In this document: piece by piece, positions 1 to 13,265 of the stretch
Layout of the letters: the number at the start of each line of letters is the position of its first letter
How positions within the stretch are numbered: the stretch's first letter is position 1
Assembly (NCBI RefSeq): GCF_006345805.1
Contig: NC_043009.1
Location: 59,148,001 to 59,212,000, forward strand
Length of the DNA stretch: 64,000 nucleotides
Origin: Octopus sinensis
Lineage: Eukaryota
Reading direction: 5' to 3'
Notes under the pieces: model-generated
What the model saw: only the letters and a program-made list of their open reading frames with translations
What the model was told of the DNA's origin: nothing
The model's database searches: none
Program-made: the position numbers and the translations under genes

Positions 1-62
1 CAAAGCCTTGTGAGTGGATTTGGTAGACGGAAACTGAAAGAAGCCCGTCGTATATATATATG

Positions 63-97
<35 letters not shown>

Positions 98-314
98 ATG
101 TGTGTATATGTTTGTGTTTGTTCCCCCCAAATCGCTTGACAACCGATGCTGGTGTGTTTACGTCCCCGTAACTTAGCGGTTCGGCAAAAGAGATCGATAG
201 AATAAGTACTAGGCTTACAAAGAATAAGTCCTGGGGTCGATTTGATCGACTAAAAAGGCGGTGCTCCAGCTTGGCCACAGTGAAATGACTGAAACAAGTA
301 AAAGTGTAAAGAGT
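1..314 (+). mobile_element. SINE family B copy, 5' end cut by the window edge
   Basis: Reverse-complement match to the full copies at 38342-38751, 43121-43575 and 46669-47093; internal (TA)/(TG) tract; tail ...GACTGAAACAAGTAAAAG(T/A)GTAAAGAGTA. Confidence 0.9.
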
Positions 315-1579
315 ACCCGTTACGTTAAATAAGCAGCCGGCTACATAACAAAAGGGAAACGAAAAAAGGTTTCGTTAGCAAATTCGATGAAATATTTCAG
401 TACAGACAACGCCAGAGGGAAGCGTAGGAAATGATGCAGTGTGTAATACAGGAACAGATTAGAACATTCCGGCTTGGAATTGGACAAGAGCGAGTACAAA
501 CAACCAATCAGAGCAGGTCATTAAGGATTTTGGTCATATTCAAGCAAATCCCTTAAATGATGCCAAAGAGGGATTGGCATCGATGCTAAGCTCCGTGAGG
601 GACTAACACTGACAACTGTGGATTAGCAGGAAAATTCAAGGCGTGATGTTATCAGAATAGTTTTGATTTTCCTGGTCCATTGAGTAAATCCAAGTGCTTC
701 GTATACTGCTGTGAAAGATAAAGGGATTAGGAAAGTGAGCGAAGAAGATTTTATGAATGTGATATTGCGTGTAGCTATACTTCACACGAATTGGGCTGTA
801 AAACTTCAATTATCTCCAACATCGCTGATAGAATCGTTGAGATGAGAAAATATTATACTGTTGGATTCTGAGGGATCAAATTTCCGTTCGTATCAATCTG
901 TAGTTTTGATACAAAGGAAACTGAGTTGGAGAAACGTTGTTGAAATAGCGGAGACCAGCCTGGAAAGGAACGAGTTAACTGGATATAAACATGATACCCC
1001 AATTAGAGTGGTACAAATGCAAAGAAGAGGCATCTCTTCAGAATTACAAAAGAAAACTGGATATTGTAACGAGAGTAAATTTACCAAATTACAGAAGCAG
1101 ATCCAGAAACAAAAATGATACAGTTAGGAATTTAATGTAGATGGGCCTCAAAAGAAGCCGCAGAGAGAAGAAATCTATCGGGGGTGTATGAAGAATAGAA
1201 CCATCCAGTGTTCGATTCTTCGTGAGATCATACTGTAAGTTTTATTTCTGGCTAATATTAAATAATAGCCAGGATCGACATCCTCTAGTAATACACGGCC
1301 CGCATGTATTACTAGAGAATCTTCTGACAGCCTCCCTAACAAAATATGCATAGTGACACATCCAAGATTGAAAATTCGTGCTAATGCACAAGATTAACGA
1401 CTCAGAATCAGTAAGTCAATAAGAATCCAGATTAGGCTGAATATAATGCTTTTGTATAGGCAAAAGGACAAGCTCCAGGTTTCTGAATAGTGTTTATCAT
1501 TTCAAAGTACGAGTAGTGTTAAAGAAGGCGTTTTTACGGTCAAGCTTTATTGCAATGTTAAACTATGTTCTGATTTTCT

Positions 1580-1848
1580 CTTGTCTTGTCTTGAGACAGC
1601 ATTCACCTGGGGTGGGTTGAGCTGGCTTAATTCATCCTCAATGCTGCATCACTCACAAACACCGACCAGGCCTGGCGATTTGAGGTTAAAGACCGCGTGA
1701 TCTCCAACCACTCCTTATTCCAGCGGCGAACGCCGTAGACATGGGGGCCTAGGTTGGGTTCCAGATCAGCCTTGACTGTCATCAGCCAGGTTTTTCGTTG
1801 TCCAACACATCGCTTTCACCAACCCTGAAGGGGTGCTGGGGCAACTGC
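1580..1848 (-). mobile_element. 5'-truncated RTE-clade LINE 3' end with 12-bp TSD
   Basis: Minus strand translates AVAPAPLQGW*KRCVGQRKTWLMTVKADLEPNLGPHVYGVRRWNKEWLEITRSLTSNRQAWSVFVSDA, resembling the RTE ORF C-terminus (GWKR..GGQ.KTW...DR..W). Short (CAAGA)n tail. TSD TTCTGATTTTCT at 1568-1579 and 1849-1860. Confidence 0.8.
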
Positions 1849-2210
1849 TTCTGATTTTCTGATAGAGTTTAACCTCAGAATATTAAATGCTCTGCGATTA
1901 TATAGTTAACAGTTCCTTGGGAAGACAATTAAGAATTTGGTACAGAAAAAGAAGGCTTTAAAAAATAATTGAGGCACGAAGATGACAGTGTTCAATATTT
2001 CTGGTGAAAGAAAGTGTGTTCTTAGTAATATATGCAATATTCTGGCTAGCCAGAATGGACATGAGGAGAAAAACCAAAGAAGTAGAGGATCAACTGAAGA
2101 GAGATGCAAACAATGTCTCGTAATGGATAAAGCCAATATATGTAGACGTAAGACTAAAGCTGAGAGTTCAAATTCGCACTGATTATTAAAATGATAAATA
2201 CCAGGCTACA

Positions 2211-2442
2211 AGGCGGCGAGCTGGCAGAACCGTTAGCACGCCGGGCGAAATGCTTTGCAGAATTTCGTCCGTCGCTGCGTTCTGAGTTCAAATTCCGCCG
2301 AGGTCGACTTTACCTTTCATCCTTTTGGGGTCGATAAACTAAGTACCAGTTACGCACTGGGGTCGATGTAATCGACTTAATCCGTCTGTCTGTCCTTATG
2401 TGTCTCCTCTGTGTTTAGCCTCTTGTGGGCAATAAAGAAATA
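2211..2442 (+). mobile_element. SINE family A, full-length copy
   Basis: GGCGGCGAGCTGGCAGAACCG (A-box-like), GAGTTCAAATTCC (B-box-like), central GTCGACTTT(G/A)CCTTTCATCCTTT(C/T)GGGGTCGATAAA, tail AAAGAAATA. Direct repeat GATAAATACCAG at 2193-2204 and 2443-2454 is a likely TSD. Confidence 0.9.
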
Positions 2443-3349
2443 GATAAATACCAGATGCTACTGGTTGTTAATGTAGTTGCATATACGGCTTGAGTAACAG
2501 TTTACAAAGCTGTTGGTTATAGAATCTTAGTATTCTTTGGTGCTTCCAAATCTGCCACTCAGCACTAAAGGTATAGATACTGCTGGGAGATATTTGAAAC
2601 CGTTGTAGTCGCCATTCAACAGGTGTTAAAGAGTATTCCTCATTCCATTCTGGAATATAGAAAAAATGTGAGAAAATTTTTAGTTTTATTCCCTCTTTAA
2701 CAATACTCTCTGAAGAACATAAGTTATAAACAGTAACATCATTAAATCCCCAGAGATTGCATAACAAACAAAAAATCTTACGATAGCGTTCAGACGGCTC
2801 TTATAGTATCAACAAACATAACAACTGTATCGAAATGGGGCTAAGGATTGGCATATGTGTGTGAGAGAAGAGAGAGAGTGTGTGTGTGTGCGCGTGTGTG
2901 CGTGCGTGTGAGTAAATGTGTGAGTGAGTTCGTGCGTGGTTGTGAATGTGTGCGTTTATTTATGTATGTGCGTGAGATTAGTCTTCCATTTGACAGTTAA
3001 TAATGAATTGATGTAGTACTTATTACAATTATGACCTAGGCACAGGCTTTGCTTCCTACAAAAATATGCTGTCGATCGGACTACACATCAGCGACCACAT
3101 TGCACGTCATTTTTTTTTATTGCCATCTTTTCTTTCATAAAGGTATTTTGAGTGGTTCCTTCAAATCTCTTGTCTACCACTTGATAACGGGAACGACGCC
3201 TCTTCTTATCTTGGAGCCTTTCAGCGAAACCCATCAGAACTTGCGCTTTCGGTTATTCCACGAACCCATCGTTCGCTCTATTCCTTCCAGGAATTAACTC
3301 GCTTCGTATGAACTCCAGCAGTTATGTCCGAAACTGCATCTTTTCGTGA

Positions 3350-3555
3350 CTCTTTCTCCCTCTCACTTTCCCATTCTCTTTCTATCTATCTATATATCTA
3401 TTTATCTATCTATCTATGTATCTATCTATATATATGTATATATACATATCTGTCTATCTATCTTTCTCTTTCTCTCTCTCTCCCTCTGTAATACATATAT
3501 ATATATATAAACATCTGTGGGTGTGTCCGTGTGTATGTGTGTGTTTACATGTATA

Positions 3556-3624
<69 letters not shown>

Positions 3625-3647
3625 CATGTATACACGTACATGCATGC

Positions 3648-3686
<39 letters not shown>

Positions 3687-3745
3687 GACATATACACACA
3701 CGCACACACACATATATATATACATATACGTGTATTTGTATTAAC
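3350..3745. repeat. Compound (CT)/(TATC)/(TA)/(CA) microsatellite block
   Basis: Visible directly; it generates the spurious YI/IY ORFs. Confidence 0.95.
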
Positions 3746-4794
3746 GTACACATGCTCGCACGCTCATCTTGTAGAGACAGGCAATATATTAGACGAGGGG
3801 AAATTTGTACGACTCACATGTCATAAACAAACGTATCCATCCGAATTTTTTTTTTTTTTGCATTACACATCTTGTTTAAAAGAAAATTATGTAAATATTA
3901 ACAAACCACATGTATGTAGTTTGTTTCTTTCAATGCTAATTTGTATTAAATTCAGTTACCACAAAGTACACACATATACCAAATGTTTTCAAAAATCTTG
4001 ACTGATAATTGTCTTAACTATATTTTACGCGTTTAATACGGCAATAAAATACAGGAACATCTAAGAAATGTTTGCAAATTTGCATTTTAGTAACATAAAA
4101 TTAGACTGCTAAAAATAAAACGGAAACTGAAAAATCAAAGAAATTTTTAATGTTATTTGTCTTAATAAACATTCGTTATGAATTTCTTTTTACTTTATTT
4201 TTAATTTAAATATGTCTTGTTGGGTAGAATTGATCATATATCATGAAAAAGCCACCCGACGTAGTCAGCATCGAAACGTTACAACTCGATTTACGCAACG
4301 GATTGCTTTCTAAAACATAAGTAATTATGAAAATAATTAATTAAAAAAACATAGCTTTACGCTATAAATAATTTATTGATTATTGGTTCTAAACATCTAT
4401 TATACAATTAATGATCTCATTTGATGATCTTAGCACAAAGGGAATGGATGGGGACGCGGTGGGAAGACGGAGTGTCTGACATTCATAACCTAGCCAGATA
4501 TTTTGATGTTTACTTTCCTCCATCCCCAACCAAACAAAAAAAATATTGACCCGGGGTAATTTAGAACGAGGTCTCTTGCCAGAAATTTTTGTTCTCCTTC
4601 CCATTCATTAGTTAAGTTCAAGTAACGTGGTAGAAAATACCCTGCCAAAATATCCTGGTACTATTTCCCAAATAATTTAGTTGACTTAGAATAATATACA
4701 ATGAATAAACTTGCCAGAAATTGTAGCGAACTATTCCTAGCAATTATTTAATTTAATTTGCCAGAAATCTTAGTGTAATGCGTTCTACTAAAAA

Positions 4795-5235
4795 CGCAAG
4801 GCCTGAAAAATTGAGAGTGGGGTCTAGTCGATTACATCGTCTCCAGAGCTCACTTCTTATGTATTTTATAAACTCCGAAATGATGGAAGACAAACTCGAC
4901 CTCAGAGGCATTTCAAATCGAAGCATAAAAACGGATGAAGTACCTATTTCTTTACTACACACAAGGGACTAAAAACAGAGAAGACAAACAAGGACAGACA
5001 AATGGATTAAGTCGATTATATCGACCTCAGTGCGTAACTGGTACTTAATTTATCGACCCCGAAAGGATGAGAGGCAAAGTCGACCTCGGCGGAATTTGAA
5101 CTCAGAACGTAGCGGCAGACGAAATACCGCTAAGCATTTCGCCCGGCGTGCTAACGTTTCTGCCAGCTCACCGGATGAAGTACCGCTAAGCAATTTATCC
5201 GGCGTGCTTTCAATTCTTCTGGCTCTCCCTCCATA
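4795..5235 (-). mobile_element. Old SINE A copy with a young SINE A (4945-5171) nested inside it
   Basis: Near-consensus copy at 4945-5171 flanked by a 13-bp TSD CGGATGAAGTACC (4932-4944, 5172-5184); the degenerate body lies to the left and the degenerate head to the right. Confidence 0.85.
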
Positions 5236-5254
5236 TACTTAACAATATAATCTT

Positions 5255-5460
5255 TTCCACTATATGTACAAAGAGTGAAATTATGGAGGTGGGTGTTCTA
5301 GTTGATTACATCGATCCCAATGTACAACTGGAACTTTTTCGACGTGGAATGATGGAAAGCAAAGTCGACATCGACTTAATTTGAACTCAGAATATAAAGT
5401 CGGATGAAATACTGCTGAGTGTTTTGCCCGGCGTGCTAACGCTTCAGCCAGCTCGTGGCT
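5255..5460 (-). mobile_element. Decayed SINE A copy
   Basis: GTTGATTACATCGATCCCAATG...GCAAAGTCGAC...TTTGAACTCAGAA...GCCCGGCGTGCTAACGCTTCAGCCAGCTCG. Confidence 0.8.
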
Positions 5461-5489
5461 CTTACACTGTACAGTGTAACGATACAGAA

Positions 5490-6110
5490 AATGTCTTCCC
5501 AAACACTCTGCAGGCTGCAGCATCATCGAAGCGTGTGAAACTGTTGAAGTATTTCGAGGCTGCATTCAAGAATGATGTGAACCAAGCAGCTAGATAACAT
5601 GCTAGAATTTAGGTGTGGGTACATTAATACGGTTGTTTCAGGATTCGATCCTGAAACAGGAGAGGTTAGCGAAAAGGCTTGGTTTCTTTGCCTATCCTCA
5701 CGTATGGTCATGAATGTTCTACAATTACCGAATGAGTACGATTGCGAGTAAAAGCGGCCGAAATAGGGTTCCTCCAAAGGATCTCTCGAGTAACGTTGCT
5801 CGACAGGTTTGTGTTTCACCTGTACAAGCCGTTACGTCTCCGCATTGAGGGGTAATAATTCCGGTACCACGGACATGTGATTAGAAAGTCGTAGGAAACA
5901 ATTGCAAAATGGTTTCGTCAAACGGTAGGAAACCTAAAGTTAGACCAAGAACGTGTTGATGGATAACATCTACAGTTTCTTTAGGCCACGCTTGGGAATC
6001 CAACCTGGAAATGGGTTGCTTCTGATAGGAGCTTATGGAAGAAATGCTGGGGGATTCTACCCACGTGGCCCTCCTAGGAATAGCGGGCGGAGAAAATAGA
6101 TGGATTGATG
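5490..6110 (+). mobile_element. Decayed RTE LINE 3' end (Expander/Rex3-like)
   Basis: From 5691 translates PILTYGHECSTITE*VRLRVKAAEIGFLQRISRVTLLDR, then LRIEG**FRYHGHVIR and GRKPKVRPRT, matching post-RT RTE motifs (TYGHE.W, AAEM.FLRR, LRW.GHV.R, GRPR.RW). Ends ...AGCGGGCGGAGAAAATAGATGGATTGATG, like the (GATG)n tail of Expander/Rex3. Confidence 0.8.
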
Positions 6111-6944
6111 TGTAGCGAATACATAAGAGCTCAAGTTTTCAGAACTTAAGACAATGATATATGCTAGCTTAGAACAACATCCGCACGTTATTTTATCCTT
6201 TCTAAATATGTCTTACTTTAAAACAGGACAGTACATATAAAAAAAAAAGAATGAGCATAATAGATTAAGTTGATCCCCGATTATAACAAGCACATATTAT
6301 ATGGATTAGAGACGTACGAATTTTTAGTTCGAATCCCAATGAAATACGAACACATCAACATTAGATACGTTATGGTTGAAGGTAACTACTGTTCAACCAA
6401 TAACGGAGCACCATATATCCACATATAATATGCGTCGCATGATATATGCATTAGAATCAGTTTAGTACAATAGGATTCTATATAGTAAAAATAGCTTTCA
6501 GAGTTCTGCTGGTTCAGGGATATATATTGTAGTGACAAGAAAATGAAAATTATAAAAAAATATACACCAATACCGACTAGTGTAGATTAAAGTAAAACTC
6601 AAAAATGGATAAAGATATGCATAGCAGCGGGAGTCTGATCTCTGATATATAGCGAAACGTATACGGACATAGTTTGTTTCAGTCTTATTAGACCTCCGAA
6701 GCTAAACATGCTCTTAGGATTCTCACATAGTTACGTACAGTCCGTACACCATTTTGAATCTTCACTACGAGCAGTCTGTAAATATTGCTTTCATAAATTT
6801 CTAATTTATTTAAATTTAGATCGGCAATGTCTACTATGCTTTTAATTAGCAAAATTGATAATTATGTTAATACTTTCTCCTCATTAGTGGGAATATTATA
6901 ACTAATTAACATTTCTTGGTATGTATCTTAGACATATGACCTTC

Positions 6945-7042
6945 TATCTATCTATCTATCTATCTATTTATCTATCTATCCATCGCTCTCTCTCTCTCTC
7001 TCTCTCTCTATCTGCCTGTCTGTCTCTCTCTCCCTATCTATA

Positions 7043-7115
<73 letters not shown>

Positions 7116-7165
7116 GTCTGTCTTTCTTTCTGTCTATTGGTCTATCTACCTGTCTATCTAGCTAT
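6945..7165. repeat. (TATC)n/(CT)n microsatellite
   Basis: Visible directly. Confidence 0.95.
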
Positions 7166-7979
7166 AGACTCATCAATCTGTAAATTTTATGATGGATAAA
7201 ATCGGTTTCTCTTGGCTGGATTATGAATATTTTGGTGGATTGTATAAGAAAAATTTGAAAACGTACGGGTCTTTATAATTCTTTATGATTGTTTTCGATA
7301 TCTGTGTATATGTGTGTGTGTGAGTGTGTGTGTGTGGGTGTGTGTGTGTGTGTGTATGTATGAACTACTAGCAACACATCACCTAACCACCATCCAGCTT
7401 TCAGCGAAATGCAAACCTTATATCAATTGAAGTCTATTATGTCACCTGAGGAGGCTTGTAAGTGCGAGCACGCGTGTTTGATAATTTTTGTTGTTATTCG
7501 CCAATAGATGAAGGTCAGTCTAGCTACAGCAGGCATAAGATAGAAAATATTCTTGGTATGTCCCCGCCATATTTTATACCACATCCAATACAGCGTCTCT
7601 TTAATTCGTAAGACGATACACAGCTGTTTGAGAGAGGCAGATCTTGCTGCCATATCTAACAAAATTAACGGCTAGTTAGAAGAAGGCTTCATTAACCTGT
7701 CAGTCTGATTAATTAGTGTTAAGGTACCATGCGTTATTTTTGCTCAGATTCAATTAAAAATTAAAACATTTTGTCCACTAATTTGCGCACAATTTCGGTT
7801 GTACAAAAATAACCAAATTCATATATATATATATATATGATAAAAACGGATCAAAGTAAAAACAACACGATAGACATTTCAATATTGGCTTCAGATAAAT
7901 GTAGATTCCGAGTTGAAAAAAATATATATATAAGAAAGAAAACACCCGAGTGGACAGAAAGAAAGAGCTACACAATGAA

Positions 7980-8086
7980 AATTATATATAGTTGAGCGTA
8001 TGTGTGTGTAAACGTATGTAGTTGTTTCATCTATGTGTGAGTGTATCTATCTATACATACACACATATATAGATACACACACACAG

Positions 8087-8161
<75 letters not shown>

Positions 8162-8172
8162 CATACACATGC

Positions 8173-8205
<33 letters not shown>

Positions 8206-8361
8206 GATGTGTATATAAACATATACGTTATGTAATGTATATTTACGTATAATAACACACATGTACTCTCGTAAGTACACATATTTAAGAAGGTATATAC
8301 ATACAAACACTCAAGTAAAGTTATATATCTATGTGTGCATATATATTCATATATATATATG

Positions 8362-8411
<50 letters not shown>

Positions 8412-9374
8412 TAATAAATATATATCTATGTTTGCATATATATGCATATATATATATATATTATAAGTGTATAAATAATATATATATATGTATGTATATA
8501 TGTATGTATATATATATATTTTATATCTGTTTTTATATATGTTTGCACGCATGTATGACGCTTACACAAACACAGCCATGAATAGTGAATAGTGACATAA
8601 AGAAACACAAAATAAGAAGTAGATCGGTTGATAGAGATGACACTAAATTCAGGAAAGTTTTTGAAGAATATATGGAAGAGATCTATTGATGTAGACGGAG
8701 ATATACATACTATATATCTATATATATATATATATATAATATATATATATATATTATATTATATATAATATATACATATATATATGTGTGTGTGTGTCTG
8801 TGTATGTGTGTGGTGTGTGTGTATATATATATATATATTGTATGAATATAAATATATATGTATGTGTGTGTGTATCTATATATATATATATATATATACA
8901 TAGATACAGCAGAAGAAAAGAAGAAGAGAAGAAAAAAGAGAAGAAGAAGAAGAAGAAGAAGGAAAAGAAGGAGAAAAAGAAGAACAAGAATAAAAGGAAG
9001 AACAAGAAAAGGCAGAAGAAGGAGAAGAAGGAGAAGAAGAAGAAGAAGAAGAAGGAAAAGAAGGAGAAAAAGAAGGACAAGAAGAAAAGGAAGAACAAGA
9101 AAAAGCAGAAGAAGGAGAAGAAGAAGAAGAAGAAGAAGAAGAAGAAGAAGAAGAATGCCATGGTCATATAAATTGAGATCTGCATCGTGTTGATGATGAT
9201 GATGAAAATGAAGATGATGATATCATAGAGATATTGATGATAGTGGTTGTGGCGGTGTTGTTGCTGGTGCTAGCGATGATGCTTGTAATGTTGTTGGCGT
9301 TATTTTTGGAGAAGGTTACGTACAATAGAAGTTAGATTGTAATGATCGCATACAAGATATACATATACATATAC

Positions 9375-9422
<48 letters not shown>

Positions 9423-9587
9423 TATATATATATATATATATATATACATATATACATACATATATATATATATATTATATATATATTATATATATATTAT
9501 ATAATATACATATACATATACATTATATATATATAATATATATATATTATATATATTATATATATATAATACATATATACATACATA

Positions 9588-9621
<34 letters not shown>

Positions 9622-10332
9622 ATTATATATTGTTAGATAGAGGGGAGGCACAGTGTGTACTGGTAGATAATATATCTAAGAATAGAGAATAGATGATTGA
9701 TAAGAAATGTATATATAGGTATGTGTACACACATATATATATATATATTATATATTATATATATATATATATATATATGCACATGCATATATATATATAT
9801 ATTATATATAATATATATATAATCTGTATGTATGTATGTATGTATGATGCATGTATATATATATGTATATATATATATATATATACATATACAAACATGT
9901 ATGTATGTATAGATATATGTTGTATGTAAGATTGCAAAGAAACAAGATAATCGATAATGGCAATGAAGTTTTAGTCTTTGATGCTTAATATATCTGATTG
10001 ATCCAATATAACAAGGAACATCCTTGGGGAAGAACTGTCTAGTTCTTTTAAATATCTCTATACAACAAAGCAAGTCCACCAAAGGAAGTAGGCGATTTAT
10101 ACTTACGGAGCTTGATGTGCCCTTTCCCTCAAATACACACAGGCACATTTAAGCATACACATATTCGTATACATATACACATACATACATACATACATAC
10201 ACACACACATATATATATATGTGTATGTCTGTATGTATATGTATACATATAACGTAGTTGGGCAGTTAGCAGATTATACAGGCACATCAATGCAAGCATG
10301 CGCATGCGTTTATGTACATATACATGTGTGTG

Positions 10333-10367
<35 letters not shown>

Positions 10368-10473
10368 TTGTACATATGTACATATGTATACATATGTACA
10401 TATACATACATATGCACATATACATGCATATAATGCATACATATATGTATATATGTGGTATATATACATATGT

Positions 10474-10508
<35 letters not shown>

Positions 10509-10578
10509 CATATACTCTCACATGCATGTATGCACTAAAGCACGCCCATGGCATACGGAACATATAGACATACACACA

Positions 10579-10654
<76 letters not shown>

Positions 10655-10810
10655 CGTACATATCAATGCATACATGCCTACCTGCCTATGTATTTGCATT
10701 TATATATATATATATACACACAATATATATATATAATATATATATATATATAATATATATATATATTATATATATATTATATACGTATATGTGTATGTAC
10801 ACATATGAAT
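7980..10810. repeat. Large low-complexity zone: (TA)n/(CA)n blocks and an (AAG)n-variant tract at 8905-9153
   Basis: Visible directly; interrupted by short unique islands (about 8570-8700, 9155-9350, 9640-9720, 9915-10140). Confidence 0.9.
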
Positions 10811-11454
10811 GAATGATGAATGTAACATTGCGTGCGTATTTTCGTGTCCCTGTCTTTATGTATGCATACGTGTCTGCGCGTGCGTGCGAGTTCTTTCACA
10901 ACATCAAATGTTATTTCGATGTTTAACATGGCTTTTGGACGACGAAGTGGCTACGTTCTATTATTAGTTGTAACTTTTTCTTTATTTCCCTTTCATGTAA
11001 TTTTTCAGGGAGAATTTTTTTTTCTTTTTTATTTTACTTTATATTCTTTTCAATTTATTTGCTTTGTTAGTTTGGCAAGATTCCATTTCGCTAACTGAGC
11101 AACCTCTAGCTGGCATTAAGACGAAAATTTGAGTAAGTCAACAGACGAATTTAGGCGAAGATGTGCGAAAATATGCGTAGATGAACGAAGATAGGCGACG
11201 ATCAGTGAAGATTTATAAATGATAAGTTAAAATGGCTGAAAGTCCGTAAAGTAAAAAAGAAAAAAAAATGGTTGAAATTTTAAAAAGTGTTAATAAATAA
11301 ATCAATAAATAATAGGAAAGATAATCAAAGACTAACGAGAGACGATGGTAAATATTAGCTAACTTATGGAAAAATGAATACGCTTTACCATTTAAATTTT
11401 TTCTCCTGCTACCTGGAAGCTAAATGATGTTTAGCTGTGGAAGCCATACTAAAT

Positions 11455-11460
11455 ATATTA

Positions 11461-11516
<56 letters not shown>

Positions 11517-11583
11517 GTTATTGCTGTTGTTGTTGATATGTATGTTACTATCATCATCATCGTCATCATCATCATCATCATCA

Positions 11584-11635
<52 letters not shown>

Positions 11636-11660
11636 GTATTTATTTATTTATTTATTTATG
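11455..11660. repeat. (ATT)n/(ATC)n/(ATTT)n microsatellite
   Basis: Visible directly. Confidence 0.95.
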
Positions 11661-11879
11661 TTAATGTGGCACACGACCAAATGTGAAAAGCTATCTAAAA
11701 AAAAATAAAAAGTTTGATTTTCCAGATTACCGAACAACGTCAAGCAATCTCATTTTCAGTATCGTATATTATCGTTATACATTATGAGATCAAATCCCGC
11801 TGTGGCTTACGTTAATTTTGCTCCCCCTAGGTTTCTCAGAATTAATACTAATATATCCACAATAAAGGAGGTATATATA

Positions 11880-13265
11880 AATTCCTTCTAATTTTTGGCG
11901 CAACTACAGCAGTTCGGACGGTCTGGATACAATTGATTGAGTCAAACCCCGATACTTCGCTGGTTTTTATTTTATCGTCTCCTAAAGAATGACAAAGTCG
12001 ACCTTGGCAGGGTTTGAACTCTGGAGGTAATGAGTTGAAGAAGTACCACAAATATTTTTTCCGGCGCTCTAACAACAGCACCAGCTCGGCATGTATATAA
12101 TATATTACATATTTTCGTTCACCTACATTATTCGTGGGTCTGCTTATTCTACAAGTAATATTGGTTTCAAATTTTGGCACAAGGCCCGCAATTTTGGGGC
12201 AGGTCATAAGTCGATCACGTTGTTCTCAGTGTTCAACTGGTACTTATTTCATCTACCTCAATAGGATGAAAAACCAGGTCTGAACTCAGATCGCAAAGAT
12301 GGACGAAATGCCGCTTAGCATTTTCTCGAAGCGGTGACAATTTTTCCTACATATAATACTGTTTTCAAGTTTTGGCACAAGGCCAGTAATTTTAGATTAG
12401 ATCGACCCATGTTTAACTGGTCCTTATTTTGTCGACCCCCGAAAGGATGAAAGTTTTTTTTTACATGTAACGTGGCAGTCTTCTTCAGGATCGTTGACAG
12501 GCAAAACTAAATGCTTAACACATTTTCTCCGTTTCTACGTTCTAAGTTCACATTCCGCTGAGGTCGACTTTGCCTTTTATCCCTTCGGGGTCGATAAAAT
12601 AGGTACCAGTTGAACACTGGAGCCGATGCAGCCGACTTATTCCCTCCATCTCCTGATAATGATGCTGGCCTGTTGCCAAAATTTGGAATCAACGTGACAC
12701 TCGACGTTTCTCAATGTAAAATCCTTCTTTAAATTTTAAATACCTGTCTTTTATCAACTTGGCACAAAGTTCCTATATTTGACAAGTAAGAAGCTGTGTG
12801 ATTGTAAGTCATCAACAATATCCGTTCCTTTTAACAAACTCTGGTCTCAATCTCATTCCGAATGGAATTCCGTCTTTTCTGCGAGACCCAACATTTCCTC
12901 TGCATTTCAAGTATCTTTCATTGTCTTGGTACAAAATAATTATAAGTTAGTGGCAAAATGAAGGCGGAATTTCTTATGTTCAGACACGTTTTTCAAAGGG
13001 TACAGTATACAGCTATGTTATTCACAAGAGATTGATAGGGCAGTCAGCTGGCAGAATAGCTACATTGTCAGAGAGAATGCTTTATTATTTATTACTTACC
13101 TTTTTTTTTCTTGTATTTCTTTCTGAGTTCGAATTCCGCCGAGGTCAAATTTGCCTTCCATACTTTCGGGGGCGATAAAAAATTACCCTTCACATATTAC
13201 GGTCGATGTAATCAACTCGTCCTCTTTCTGCAAAACTGATGGCCTTGTGCCAAAATTATAAAGAA
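11880..13265. mobile_element. Cluster of at least five decayed SINE A copies (minus: ~11880-12090, 12160-12340, 12358-12455; plus: ~12510-12690, 13025-13265)
   Basis: Recurrent GGCACAAGGCC, TCGACCCC, AAAGTCGACC and GAGGTCGACTTTGCCTT motifs in both orientations. Confidence 0.75.

Noticed and set aside
480-1200. Possible very old RTE-type RT C-terminus (LWISRKI, FVYCCE words)
   Set aside because: Only two or three short words in different frames; not supportable without a profile search.
4240-4300. CGAAACGTT preceded by a GACGTAG segment, superficially HHR-like
   Set aside because: No CUGANGA-like core and no paired stems.
6625-6670. CTGAT...GCGAAACGTA as a hammerhead
   Set aside because: Core lacks G8/A9 and stem I does not pair.
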